Of a DNA stretch of 64,000 bases, positions 12,265-25,095 are shown piece after piece; positions within the stretch are counted from its first letter, which is position 1, and the number at the start of each line of letters is the position of its first letter. The DNA is taken from contig JAXLNO010005028.1 of the NCBI GenBank assembly GCA_038087875.1, forward strand, positions 1-64,000. Direction: 5' to 3'. The notes beneath the pieces were generated by a model. The model had not been told where the DNA came from. It worked only from the letters and a program-made list of their open reading frames with translations, and did not search any database. Source of the stretch: Malacoraja senta (taxonomy: Eukaryota). The position numbers and the translations under genes were made by a program.

Positions 12265-15200
12265 CTTTCATGGAATGTGAATGGCTTGAACCATCCCATT
12301 AAGAGGATTTTTTTTAAAAAAGTTCTTCACAGACTAAATGCTCAGATTATCTTTGTTCAGGAAACTCATGTAAGGCAAGATGACATGTCACGATTTTTCA
12401 AGTTTTGGAGAGGACAGCAGTTTCATTCAAATTCACAGACTAAGGTGAAAGGAGTCTCTATTTTTATTGACTCCTCAATTCCGTTTGTTCACCATGAAAC
12501 AATTTCTGATCCATATGGCAGATTCTTGGTGATTACCGGTGTCCTTTATAGGCAAAATGTCGCTATGGTTAATGTCTATGCACCAAATATTGATCACCCT
12601 GAGTTTTTTAAACAGTTAATTGCATCCTTTCCTAACTTAAATGAACACTTTTTAATAATGGGTGGAAACTTCAATTGCTGTTTGAATCCCTCGATTGATA
12701 GGTCTACATCTGATCATGCGCTTCCAAATAAATCAGCTAATTTTATTAATTCTTTTTTACTTGACTCGGGAATGTTAGAAATTTGGAGATTCTTACACGC
12801 AAATGACAAAGAATTTTCATTTTTCTCTCATGTATATCATAGTTATTCTAGGATGACTATTTTTTACTAGATTCTCAGCTAGTTTCATCGGTCATTGCAT
12901 GTGAGTATGATGTAATTGCTATTTCTGATCATGCACCATTGAAACTATTGATCAAACTACCTGATTCCAAGTTTAGTGCTAAACAATGGCGATTTAATGA
13001 CTTAAACTTTATTAAGTTTATGAAAGATCAGATTGCTTTTTACTTCTTGACAAACTCTAATGAAGAGATATCCAATGGTATAGTTTGGGATGCTTTTAAG
13101 ACATATATTCGTGGACAAATTATTTCATACTCCGCGGGATTAAAAATACAAACACAAAAAGAAATACACACATTGGCTGACGAGATTAAAGAAATTGATT
13201 AAAAATATTCAAAAGCTCCTAGTTTAGAGCTCTATAAGAATAGAGTTGAACTTCAATTGAGATATGATTTGTTATTAGTATCACCGATTGATAACCAGTT
13301 ACTTAAAACCAAAAGTAAATTTTATATAAATGGCGAAAAATCTGGTAAATTACTTGCTAATCAATTGAAAGCAGTGTCGGCCAAGCATCAGATTACTAAA
13401 GTGAGTAAACGGGATGGTACAGTAACTGTAGACCATGACGAAATTAATAAATCCTTTCAGGAATTTTATACCTCCCTATACCAATCAGATTTTCCTACTG
13501 ATTCCAATATAATGCATGAGTTTTTAAAGAAACTGAACTTACCAAATTTACCATACAATAATAATAATAATAATAACTTTTATTTATGGGCGCCTTATAC
13601 CAAAGTCTCAAGGACACCTTACAGAGTTTAACAAATAAGAAACATATAATCAGAGTAAAATAAATTATAAAGACATGACCAATACACAAATTAAAGACAG
13701 AATTCGATCCAAAGACACAAAAAAACCCAACACAATGTGAAGAGAGAGCAGCGGCAGCTAAACCGCGACAGCGTCCACTCTCCCTTCCGACCGCGATCTT
13801 GGACACAGACTAAAAATAGACACTACATACAAAAATCATCCCCCCACAATGGTTACCAGAAGGCACAATGTCCAGTCCCCATCCCCAGATCTCCCACAGT
13901 CAGGCCTATTGAGGCCTCCGCTATTGCCTCTACGGAGGCCCGATGTTCCTGAGTCTCTGTTGTTAGATGAACCCATCACGGAAGAAGAAATACAGAAAGC
14001 AATTTTTTCAATGAATTCTGGTAAAGCTCCCGGTTTAGATGGGTTTACAGTAGAATTTTTAAAGTATTTCTCAAATTTATTGTCTCCATGGCTATGCAAG
14101 GTATTTAAAGAAGCCTGTTTAAGGAATAGATTACCACAATCTTTTTATGAAGCTTCTATTTCTTTAATTTAAAAAAAAGATAAAGACCCTACTGAAGTGA
14201 CATCATATAGACCTATATCAATGTTAAATGTAGATTTTAAAATTCTTTCCAAAATATTAGCTATGAGATTGGAAAAGATTTTACCGCAAATTATCTCTGA
14301 AGATCAGACAGGTTTTATTAAAAATCGTTACTCATTCTTTAATGTTAGGAGATTAATAAATATTGTATATACAGCGTCTAATAAAACCCCAGAATGTGTC
14401 ATCTCACTTGATGCCGAGAAGGCTATTGATAGAGTAGAATGGAATACTTATTCAATATACTTGAAAAAGTTAAGATTGGTCCAAAATGTATCTCTTGGAT
14501 CAAACTGCTATATCTTATACCTCAGGCTTCTGTATTTACTAATAATCAGAGATCCCCTTTTTTCAGGCTCTTTCAAGGTACTAGACAGGGCTGTCCCTTA
14601 AGTCCTTTACTATTTGATATTGCTTTGGAAACTTTAGCCACTGCTATTAGGGAATCCCCTAATATTTTTGGTATTGTCCGCGGGAATAAGACACATAAGC
14701 TATCTCTTTATGCAGATGATCTGTTATTATTTATTTCTAACCCTGAGAAATCTATTCCGGCAATAGTAGCATTACTTAATCAATTCAGTAGTTTTTCTGG
14801 TTATAAACTAAATCTTAGTAAGGGTGAGCTTTCCCATTAAATAATTTTGTTTCGAGTTATGGACAGTTTCCATTTAGATTGACTACTGACAGTTTTACTT
14901 ATTTAGGTATTTAGATCACCAAGAAACAAGGATTTATTTAAAGCTAATTTGATTCCTTTAATTGACCATATTAAACATCAGTTCACTAAATGGTCACCAA
15001 TGTCCTTATCCTTAATTGGCCGAATCAATGCTATTAAAATGTTCATTTTACCTACATTTCTGTATTTATTTCAGACGATACCAATTTTTATTGCCAAATC
15101 TTTCTTTGATATTATAGACTCTAAAATTTCTTCATATATATGGCAGAATAAAAATCCCAGACTAGGTAAAAGATACCTACAGAAATCCAAAAAAGTTGGT

Positions 15201-16860
15201 GGTTTGGCATTGCCGAACCTTAGACTCTACTATTGGGCAGTCAATGTTCGTTATTTAACATTTTGGACAAAAGATTTAGAAGATACCCAATGCCCTGGAT
15301 GGATAAATATAGAACGTGATTCCTTACAAGGGCTATAATTGGCTTCTATTCTGGGGACCTCGTTACCTTTTACAATTACGAGATTGAATAGATATATGAC
15401 GAACCCAATAATAAGACATACGTTCCGAATACGGTTTCAATTTCGTAAGTTTTTTGGACTATCTGATTTTATCCAAATTTCTCTTCCAACCATCTAGTAC
15501 TGATCAAGTTTTTTTGTTATGGAAGAGGAAGGGATTAGTAGCTTTTCATGATTTGTTTTTGGAGTGTTGTTTTATGTCTTTCGAGCAACTCTCCAATAAA
15601 TATAACTTACCTAATTCACACTTTTTTAGATATTTACAAATTAGACAAAAGGAACTACCCCTTTTTCCGCTACCACATCAACCCGAAATTTTGGATTTTT
15701 TTTTACAGTTGAACCCTTATCAGAAAGGATTAATAACGACTATTCATGAGTTGATTTCAAAATTACAAATAGATACATTTGATAAAATTAAGAATGACTG
15801 GGAAAGAGAACTCCAAATTTCTTTATCTATAGAGAAATGGGAGAGGATCCTTCAATTAGTTAATACCTCTTCAATGTGTGCAAGACACGCTTTGATACAA
15901 TTCAAAGTGGTCCACAGAGCTCATATGTCAAAAGATAAGTTAGCTCGTTTTTATGGTCATATAAATCCTACCTGTGACAAATGTAACTCTGAAGTGGCAT
16001 CACTGACCCATATGTTTTGGTCCTGCCCTCTTTTGGAAAAATATTGGAAAGACATTTTTGATACTATTTCGGTAGTCTTAGGTATCGATTTTAAACCTCA
16101 TCCTATTACTGCAATTTTTGGGTTACCAATGTTAGATTCTATTCATTTGTCCCACTCCGCCCATCGGTTGATTGCTTTTACCACATTAATTGCCAGAAGA
16201 TTTATTTTCTTTAAATGGAAAGATTCCAACCCTCCGACCACACTCCAGTGGTATTCTGAAACGATATAATGTTTAAATTTAGAAAAAATTAGAAGTGACA
16301 TTGTTGAACCCTTGGTTAAATTTGATAAGACTTGGGGAAAATCTATTGAACACTTTCATACAACATAAATTGATCCCTCTTTAACCGTTATAAAAATTAT
16401 CTTACCTTCATAGGGTGGAACGGACTTGACGACAAACTGTTGTTGAATTGTTGAATTTCTCAGTTCAGATTCGGTTTNNNNNNNNNNNNNNNNNNNNNNN
16501 NNNNNNNNNNNNNNNNNNNNNNNNNNNNNNNNNNNNNNNNNNNNNNNNNNNNNNNNNNNNNNNNNNNNNNNNNNNNNNNNNNNNNNNNNNNNNNNNNNNN
16601 NNNNNNNNNTTTACATTTATGTTTCCTTTTAAAGATTTAACTATATTTACATAGAGACCGAGAGGTGTGTATTTTGTATTCATTGTGTATTTTGACACTG
16701 GTCTCATATTAGTTTATACCTGTTATTAATGTGTTTAATCCGGATCCCTATGTATCAATACCATTGTTATGTTTATCATTATTATTTTTGCTCTGTTTTT
16801 TATGTTTTATTTTTGTTTTTGTTTTTTGGAGAAAAAAACAATGAAAATATTTTAAAAGAA
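12265..16860 (+). mobile_element. L1-clade LINE ORF2 plus 3' UTR, 5'-truncated, inactive
   Basis: SWNVNGLNHPIKR..QETH, NVYAPN, SGKAPGLDGF, YRPISMLNVD, GTRQGCPLSPLLF, LYADD, HMFWSC; several stops and frameshifts. Confidence 0.92.
13557..13950 (-). mobile_element. Retroelement 3' end with (TTA)n tail inserted in L1 ORF2
   Basis: (AAT)n at 13557 breaks L1 between LNLPNLPY and ESLLLDEPITEEEI. Confidence 0.7.
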
Positions 16861-17400
16861 ATGTACTGAATAAAAAAGTTGGGATGTTCTGGTACAGTTG
16901 TACAAGATGTTGGTGAGGCCACATTTGGAGTATTGTGTTAAGTTTTGGTCACTCCACTATCAGAAGGATGTCATTAGCAGGGCCTGTGATTCAGGGTGAG
17001 GATGAGAATGCTTGGACTTTAGTCCTTGGCACGCAAGAGGCTGAGGGGTGATCTTATAGAAGTTTATAAAATCAAGGAGCATAGATAGATTGAATGCACA
17101 GAATCTTTTAACCAGCCTTGTGTCATCAAGAACCAGAGGACTTTGGTTTGAGGTGAGAAGGAAACGAATTACTCGGAACCAGAGAAAGTGGAAATATGGA
17201 AGAACATTCCAGGGGAAAGAGTTGAGGCAGGTATTAAAAGACATTTAGAACACACTTGGACAGGTACATACTGTAGATAGGAAAGGTTCAGTGAGATATG
17301 GGTCAATTGCAGGAAAATTGTAGTTTAAACATGGCATCTTGGTTGACATGGCCAAGTTGAGGCAAAGGGCCCATTTCCATGCCGTATGACTCTATAGCTC
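16860..17400 (+). mobile_element. Old CR1 3' fragment
   Basis: GGTGAGGCCACATTTGGAGTATTG and a decayed CR1 3' UTR. Confidence 0.7.
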
Positions 17401-19299
17401 CGTGGGCTTGAAAAGCCAATTCTTTTCCGTTTCACTGCTAAATGATAGTTAATCACCCTCACTAATAGTGACCACAATGGCAGACCCATGACCATGACTG
17501 GTTTACAGTGATAATAAGCTAACCATTGCCTCAGTTCAAGTATGCATGTCGTTGATGTTCAATGACTAAATTGTTGCTGCATTCTTAGTTTTGGCAAGGT
17601 TCTGATCTGGGTGCTGGAGCTGTTAGACATCTTGATACCATGAAAGCAGAATCTCAATTTCAGGAAATATACTTGCTGAATGGTGTCTCAGACCAGCAAT
17701 GCCTGGGAACATTGTATTTTGAAGAGGAAATATTACACAACCAAGGCCAAGTGCTCGAGAAAGCTGCACGTCTGTTATTTGAATGAAAACTCTGATCTTC
17801 ATCCATCTTGTCATTTTGATCAGCCAGTTTAGTTTATAATATTGTATAACATTTGCAATCAATTCTCACAGTTTATGACATTTACAGCTGGCGTGAAGAT
17901 GCATCAGTCAATACCTTCTGTCTTCCAATTTAGTTTATTTAATAGAAAGATAGAAACATAAAAAAATAGGTGCAGGAATAGGCTATTCGGCCCTTTGAAT
18001 TCAATACAATCATGGCTGATCATCCAAAATTAATACTCCGATCTGGCTTTTTCCCCATATCCCTTGACTCCCTTAGCCCTAAGAGCTAAATCTAACTCTC
18101 TCTTGAAAACAGTGATACAGTGTGTAAACAGGCCATTTGTGCCACCAAATCCATACTAACCAGCAATCACCCATTCATAATAGATTCCCATCCCTACACT
18201 GTCAGGGTGACTTACCGAGGATGATTATCTGCACACCTGCTCATCTTTGGGATATGGTAGGAAACCGGAGCTCCCTGAGGAAGCCCACATAGTCACAAGA
18301 GAATGTGCAAACTCCACGTAGACAGTACCCGAGGTCCAGATTGAACCTGGGTTTCTGGCGTTGTGAGGCAGCAGTTCTACCAGCTGCACTACCATGCTGC
18401 ATTACGTACAAACTCTAAATCCTACACTGACTTTCCCTTCCACTTGTTATATTCAACACAATAACTCCTTTACACAGGAGGAAAGTTAACTGCAATTCAT
18501 CACCAGAATATATCTTACAACAGTGTGATCACAGGCAAGAAACCAGTGATATAGATGACTGAATTTACACTAAAACCCTGATCATCCAGCTCTCTTGGGA
18601 TTTGGGAAATGGTAGATTTTAAGGACTGCTGCATGTTACTCCAAACATTTTAATTCAACTTATTAAAGCACTTGTTGAGCAAGGCAGTGGTTGAAGTGCA
18701 TCTGTACACTACTATCAGACATAAGCGGAGGCATACCCATTGTAATTTGCCTGAAGAGTCTCGAACCAGATTGTCACCTATCCATGGTCTCCAGGGATGT
18801 TGCCTGACCTGCTGAGTTAACAAAGCACTGTCCCTCACAGTCTTTCCCAATCTTATAAATCAAAAATAGTCGGCATCTTTCTACATCATAAAGAGTCATG
18901 GAAATATGCAGCATACAAACATGGCCTTTGTCCCACTGACCTGCACCAACCATTCATGTACACTAATCCTATATTTGTCCCACATTCTCATCAGCTCTCC
19001 CCACGTTGTATCATGCACAATCTAGGGGACAACTAACCTACCAAACAATGTTTTGTGGATGTGGGAGGAAACCAGAGCACCTGGGGAAACCCACATGGTC
19101 ACAGGAACAACATGCAAACTCTACAGATACAACAGCCGATGTCGGTATTTAATTCAGGTCTCTGGCTCTGTGCTGTCCTGTTTCACATTGTAGTCCACCT
19201 GTCATGTTGTTGCTCATTCATTCGGCTTTCCACCTTGAACCATTTCTCCCACTACTCACATTCCCACTTAATTTGGAGTTTTCCAGCAACAGCGGCCTT

Positions 19300-19613
19300 G
19301 GTGGCAGCTACTGTGTGCAGCGGTAGAGTTGCTGCCTTACAGTGCTTGCAGCACCGGAGACCCGGGTTCGATCCCGACTACTGATGCTGTCTGTACAAAG
19401 TTTTACGTTCTCCCCGTGACCGCGTGGGTTTTCTCCGAGATCTAAGGTTTCCTCCCACACTCCAAAGACGTACAGGTATGTAGGTTAATTGGCTTGGTGT
19501 GCATGTATAGGATAGTGTTAATGTGCGGGGATCGCTGGTCAGCTCAGACTCAGTGGGCCTAAGGACCTGTTTCGTCACTGTATCTCTAAATTAAACTAAA
19601 CAAAACTAGTAAA
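19300..19613 (+). mobile_element. tRNA-derived V-SINE (HE1-like)
   Basis: A-box GCAGCGGTAGAG, B-box GGGTTCGATCCC, central TTCTCCCCGTGACCGCGTGGGTTTTCTCC domain, CTAAAT/CTAAAC tail. Confidence 0.8.
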
Positions 19614-19684
19614 CGTTAAACTGCAACCAATCTGCCTCATAGCTGACTTGGATCATGAACAATGCGAGCCCCCAACAGAGCAGC

Positions 19685-19990
19685 ACAGTGTCACAACTCG
19701 TAGAGCTGCTGCCTCACAGCGACACAGACCCGGGTTCAATTTTGACCTCGAGTGCCATCTATGTGGAGTTTGCACGTTCTCCGTGTAACCGCATTGGATC
19801 CCTCCAGGGGCTCCGGTTTCCTCACACATCCTAAGGTGTGTCAGTTTATAGTTTAATTGGCCACTGTAAATTGCCCCTAGTGGGTGGGTGACTGGATGAG
19901 AAGGTGCAATGAGATAGAATTCATGAGAACAGGTGGTTGGTGGTTGGCATGGACACAGTGGGCCGAAAGGACTGCTTGCATGCTGTACTT
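19685..19990 (+). mobile_element. V-SINE, older copy
   Basis: CCCGGGTTCAAT B-box, GGAGTTTGCACGTTCTCC, CTCCGGTTTCCTC domain. Confidence 0.7.
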
Positions 19991-20242
19991 TTTAATGACT
20001 CATTGATATTTCTAGGATTTGGGGCAGTGAATCCATAATGTATAACATTTTTTTACACTGAATTCACAATTTTTAAATATCTGATTATCAGAAACATTTA
20101 ACAACAGCACAAAGGCTAGTTGACAGCGATGACTGTCGAAGCATTTGAAGTGTAGCTGCTGCCTTATCCTACTTGAGATCGATCATTTCTTCAAGCCCAA
20201 TACCTTTACTAGCAACAGTTCATCACAATTTTTCCATCTTAC

Positions 20243-20346
20243 CTCTCCTCTTTTTTCTCCACCAAACAATTACTGCCAAGACAATAGCCAGCAATATCAG
20301 CACACACACGGCAATAAGGCCTATGTGCCTGTCTTCCTATTTCCTT
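20243..20346 (-). CDS. Transmembrane exon of an MHC class I-like gene (1-nt frameshift as assembled)
   Basis: Acceptor TTCTTATTTTTCAG, donor AG|GTAAGA; encodes IGLIAVCVLILLAIVLAVIVWWRKKRR; exon is 104 nt where phase 1-1 needs 105. Confidence 0.7.
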
Positions 20347-22179
20347 CTGAAAAATAAGAATGCATAATTTTACAAATCAATTGTTAAGCTGTGCAGCTAA
20401 ATAGATGGGCACTGTCTGAAGACTTCAGAGTGAAGAAGGGTCTCGACCCGAAATGCCACCTATTCCTTTTCTCCAGAGATGTTACCTGACCCGCTGAGTT
20501 ACTCCAGCATTGTGTGTCTATCTTTGGGGCTTTTCAAGGTATATAAGATGATATGGTGTTTTGAATCACGGAGTTCTGCAGCATGGCAAAGGGACAATAT
20601 ATGTTCTGTACAACTCTATGATCTATGGCACCATCACAGCCACAACTTAATTCAAGAAAGAAGGTGAATTGAAAGCAGAAAGCTTTAACCCTATATAAAC
20701 TAACATCTGTTTTGGGAAAAATGCTGGATTCCTTTCAGTAATGGCAGAACATTTAAGTAATAACAAAACAATAAAGTGCATTATCAGGGCATTAACAGGA
20801 AAATTGTAGAAAGAAAGAGATGCAAATACTGATTTACACAAAAGCTTTAGTTTAGTTTATTGTCACATGTATTGAGGTACAGTGAAAAGCTTTTGTTACG
20901 TGCTAACCAGTCAGTGGAAAGAATATACATAATAGACACAAAATGCTGGAGTAACTCAGCGGAACAGGCAGCATCTCTGGCGAACATGGATTCATCACCT
21001 ATTCCTTTTCTCCAGAGATGCTGGCTGACCAGCTGAGTTATTCCAGCAATTTGTGTCCATCTTCAGTGTAAACCAGCATTTGCAGTTTCTTCTTACACAT
21101 GGACAGGTGACGTTTCGTTTTGGGACCCTTCTTCAAACTTTGTTTGAGAAATTGATTAGAATTCTTTGAAAATGCAACAGGAACCCGTAGACAATGTATA
21201 TTCGAGCAGCAGGTGTGCACAGTCTAAAATTAAAAAACAAAATGATGGAAAAGCAGAATAGGTAACAAAATTGGAATGAGAAACAAAAGAAATACAATAT
21301 ATTGTAGAGATCCAAACGTCGTGAACAAATCAATGTTTTTTTAAAGAAATACAGTTTTGGCCCACTCATGTTTAGTAAGGACTTGAGCAAAGTTCCTGCC
21401 GTTGTAATCGGGCACACCAGTTGACTGGCGACTGATTCATCACCAACTCCCACCAAAACCCTGTCATGTGATAGTCCCAGCTCCCCTGACGAGGGTTCTA
21501 GCAATAAGTGGCCTGACCACCAGATGTCGCACAATATCTGGATTTTCATAAGATATTAGCATGAATGGAAAAAAAAACAATTTAGAGCAAGCAGAGAGTT
21601 GTCTTAAAGGAGTGTTCAGGTTGGGAAACTGCAACTGCAGGTTGGAAATCAATGCAAGAAAGTGAACTACTTATCGTTGGTATTAAGAGCAGATGAAGGG
21701 ACTGATGGCGCTGTAGCCTAGATTGCTGATGATACATAGATAGGTTGGAAATTAAGTTCTGGAGTATGTCAACAGTCTTCAGAGTGAAACATCAGATTCC
21801 TTAGTTGTGCATTGTTCGAGGGAATCTTCAAAAGTGAGCATTTGTGTAGGTTAGTGCAGCATACTTGGAATCAAACTACTACGATCGCTGTTTGTCAGGC
21901 AGTTATATTTGTTGTTGCTGAAGCTGTAACTTGCGTCAGGGAACTTACTTCATTAGTTGTTGTTTTATTAATGCCAGATGTTTCAAAATACAGAGCAAAG
22001 GTTTGTTTTGTATGCTATCCAAAAAAATTATAAGACTATACATAAATATAAACTCAAAAACAATAGATAGAGCAAAGAGGAGGATACAGAGTACAGAATA
22101 TCGTTCTCAGCATTGTAATGCATCAGTTCCATAGACAATGTGCAATGAGGTTGAGGTGAATCGGGCATTGAACCTACAT

Positions 22180-22700
22180 TATCGAAGGACCCTTCCGAAG
22201 CCTGTTAACAGATCGAAAGGGGGTGTTCCTGAGTCTGGCAGTGTATACTTTCAACTTTCTGTACCTATTGCCTGATGGGAGCAGGAAGGAGGAATGACCG
22301 GGGTGGGATAAGTCTCGTTTTCCAAGGCAACCTGGTGTAGACTGAATCAATAGTGGGAAGTCTGGGCTGTGTGATGATCTTTAACTCTTTGTATATTCTT
22401 GCAGTCTTGGGCAGTGCAGTTCCCAAATCAAGATGTGATGCATCCCAACAACATGCTTTCTCTAACAGCATCTATAGATGTTTGCTAGAGTCACCAGAGA
22501 CATGATGAATATCCTCAGTCTCCGGAGGAAGTAGAGGTGTCGGTGTGCCTCCTTGGCTATGTGGTCAGTCCATGACCGAATATCGGATAAATTCATGCCA
22601 AGGAACATGAAGCTCTCAATCATTTCCGCTTCGGACCATTGATTCAGATTGGGGCATGTACTCCCCCAGTGCCTTGCTGTTAATCACATCATGAGGAAAG
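22180..22700 (-). mobile_element. Decayed Rex1-type fragment
   Basis: LPTIDSVYT and LLPSGNRYRKLKV-like motifs on the minus strand. Confidence 0.6.
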
Positions 22701-22986
22701 ATTCATTTTTTATTTAAACATATCTTTCATGGATTTCAGTTCCACCACTGAGAATCTCAAATACTCCTTCCTTGTATATTAGTTATTTATTTACTTTTGA
22801 TAAATTTTCTGTCGACAAAGTCTTCTGCTCATGTGGAGAGTGGGTGCTGATTACGTGATTGCTTAGAGCAACACCACTAAACAAAGAAAGTTTAAGCATC
22901 TTGGAATATGGGATGTAGTCACAATGATTAAAATGGAAACAACAGAAGATAATGATTATCTATGAAAGAATATTTAATGTTCTTAC

Positions 22987-23253
22987 CCCAGATGATGGAC
23001 TTCCCACCGGGCAGGCTGCTGTGATCGACATGACAGGAATACTGTTTCCCATCATACGGATCATACTCAAGGACAGACTTTAGATGATATGTTCCATCGT
23101 TGTTGGGTATGACCCCAGAAGATTTGGTCTCAGAGACATGTTGACCATTCTGCAACCAGCTGACATTGATGGCCGGTGGGTAAAATCCAAACACAGTGCA
23201 GTACAGGACTGAATGATCATCAGGGCGGGCAGCGAGAGTGACCTCAGGGGAAA
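22987..23253 (-). CDS. MHC class I-like alpha3 (Ig C1-set) exon
   Basis: 267-nt open phase 1-1 exon, CTTGTAG| ... |GTAAGA: SPEVTLAARPDDHSVLYCTVFGFYPPAINVSWLQNGQHVSETKSSGVIPNNDGTYHLKSVLEYDPYDGKQYSCHVDHSSLPGGKSIIW. Both Cys, GFYP, W, PNxDGTY and YSCHVxHSSL are present; no class II beta2 NGDW. Confidence 0.85.
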
Positions 23254-23740
23254 CTACAAGACAGTAAGATGGTTATTTTCATCTTCAGTAAAACTTGCAC
23301 AGTCACCCACCACAAAATATTCTTCAGTCTACTACAACAACCAAGTTACTGTCCACATCTGCCCCATTTTGCCTCTTTCGTCCCATCAACCAACCACGTG
23401 GTTTAAAAGGGATCGTACGCTCCCTGTTAAGACAGTACACAACAAAGTTTGAAAGTACGTACCATTAAATTCAGGAGCAGTTCCTTCCCCGCTGTTATTG
23501 GACTACTGAATGATTCTCATGTAAGATAAGATGTTGTCCCGATCTTTCAACCACTCATTGTTAACCTTGCAACTCTTTTTGATCTGCACTTTCTCTGTAA
23601 CTGTAATGCTATGATATTGTAACCCGATATTCTGCACTCTGAGTAGTTTTCTCTTTGCGCTGTTCTACTTGTGGATGGCTTGATTGCACATGCGTAGTAT
23701 GATCTGATTGGATAACACACAGACAAACTTTTGACTATAT

Positions 23741-24028
23741 TGTGGCGGCAGCCTATACACGGGCCACTTATGCTCGAACCCTCGTTAGGAAGTACGAGGG
23801 CGGGCACGTGACGTCATGGGCTAGAGGGAGTGTCCTGGTACTTAAGGTCATCTCACCTCGAGACCTTGAGGAGTTCAACCCATAGCTGAGCCCGAGGGAA
23901 CAACCTCGCTCAGCTACAGCAACACTGTTATGATAGTCGGCACCCACCTAACGTGTCAGCACTGAATAAACGACTCTTTCAACCGGCCTGACGTCTCACC
24001 TTTAGTCACCACGTTTGGTGCCGCTACA
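23741..24028 (+). mobile_element. Solo LTR (Gypsy-like), 288 bp
   Basis: TGTGGCGG...CCGCTACA termini, internal AATAAA, 4-bp TSD ATAT on both sides. Confidence 0.85.
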
Positions 24029-24819
24029 ATATCTCAGTTCACGTTACAATAATAAACTAATACCAACGGCAAATCTTTTCACTAGGGCACATTATTGACA
24101 ATAATAAATAATTGACAAGTTACGAAATGAGGGCCAATTGGGGAGGGGACAAGCTTAAAATTGGCAGTATTTTCACTCCTCTTCAATAAGAGATAAAAGA
24201 GACCAGTCATTTGTTTACAAAATCTCTTTTTGCAGAGTGTGGTCATTCTCTGGCGCCAGAGATTTGTGAAGACAAAATCATTGGAAGTATTTAATGTGGC
24301 GGTGGTTAAACTTTTGAAAGATTGGAGAATTGAGTGCAATGAGGAACTGGCACCGAACAGGAGTTGATGCCTGAGGAACGCCAGCCATGGTCATATTGAA
24401 TGGTGGGCAGGTTAGAGGACCAAATGGTTTACTCGGAAACTTGATAACCGAGGAGAAAATCAGGCTTCTGAATGATCGTTCCATAAGCTAGGGTACTGTC
24501 CAATTGACCATTACCCCATTACAGACAGTGGACTTTGTTTATAGAACTATGTAGGAAGGAACTGTAGATGCTGGTTTAAACCGCAGATAGACACAAAATG
24601 CTAGAGTAACTCAACGGGTCAGGCAGCATCTCTGGAGAGAAGGAATGTGTCACGTTTCGTGTCGAAACCCTTATCTAATGGAACTGGTGTGCTACATTGC
24701 TGAGAACTATATGCCACACTCGGTACCTTCCCCTTTGCTCTACCTACAGTACTTGAGTTGACTTGATCATATATATGTATGTTGTTATCTCATCCAATTG
24801 GATAGCATGCAACTGTACC

Positions 24820-25095
24820 TGGAAAGTTGCTGCCTTACAGTACCACAGACCAAAGTTCAATCCTGACAATGGGTGCTGTCTATATAGAGTTCATATATTC
24901 TCCCTTTGACCATGTGAGTTATCTCCGGGTGCTACAGTTCCGTCACATTCAAAGAAGTGCAGGTTTGTACGTTTTTTGGCTTCTGTAAATTGTCCCTAGT
25001 GTGTAGGATAGAACTAATATTTGTGTGGTCGTTAGTCAGCACAGGTTCAGTGGGCCAAAAGGCCTATTTCCATGCTGTACCTCGAAACTAAACGT
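24820..25095 (+). mobile_element. V-SINE, decayed
   Basis: GTTGCTGCCTTACAG, GGGTGCTGTCT, TTGGCTTCTGTAAATTGTCCCTAG motifs. Confidence 0.7.

Noticed and set aside
19300-19400. tRNA gene
   Set aside because: A/B boxes are the head of a SINE; no full cloverleaf.
20100-20175. Cytoplasmic exon GSSYTSNASTVIAVN* of the class I gene
   Set aside because: Peptide is plausible but the acceptor has no pyrimidine tract; alternatives near 17905-17920 and 18650-18750 are equally weak.
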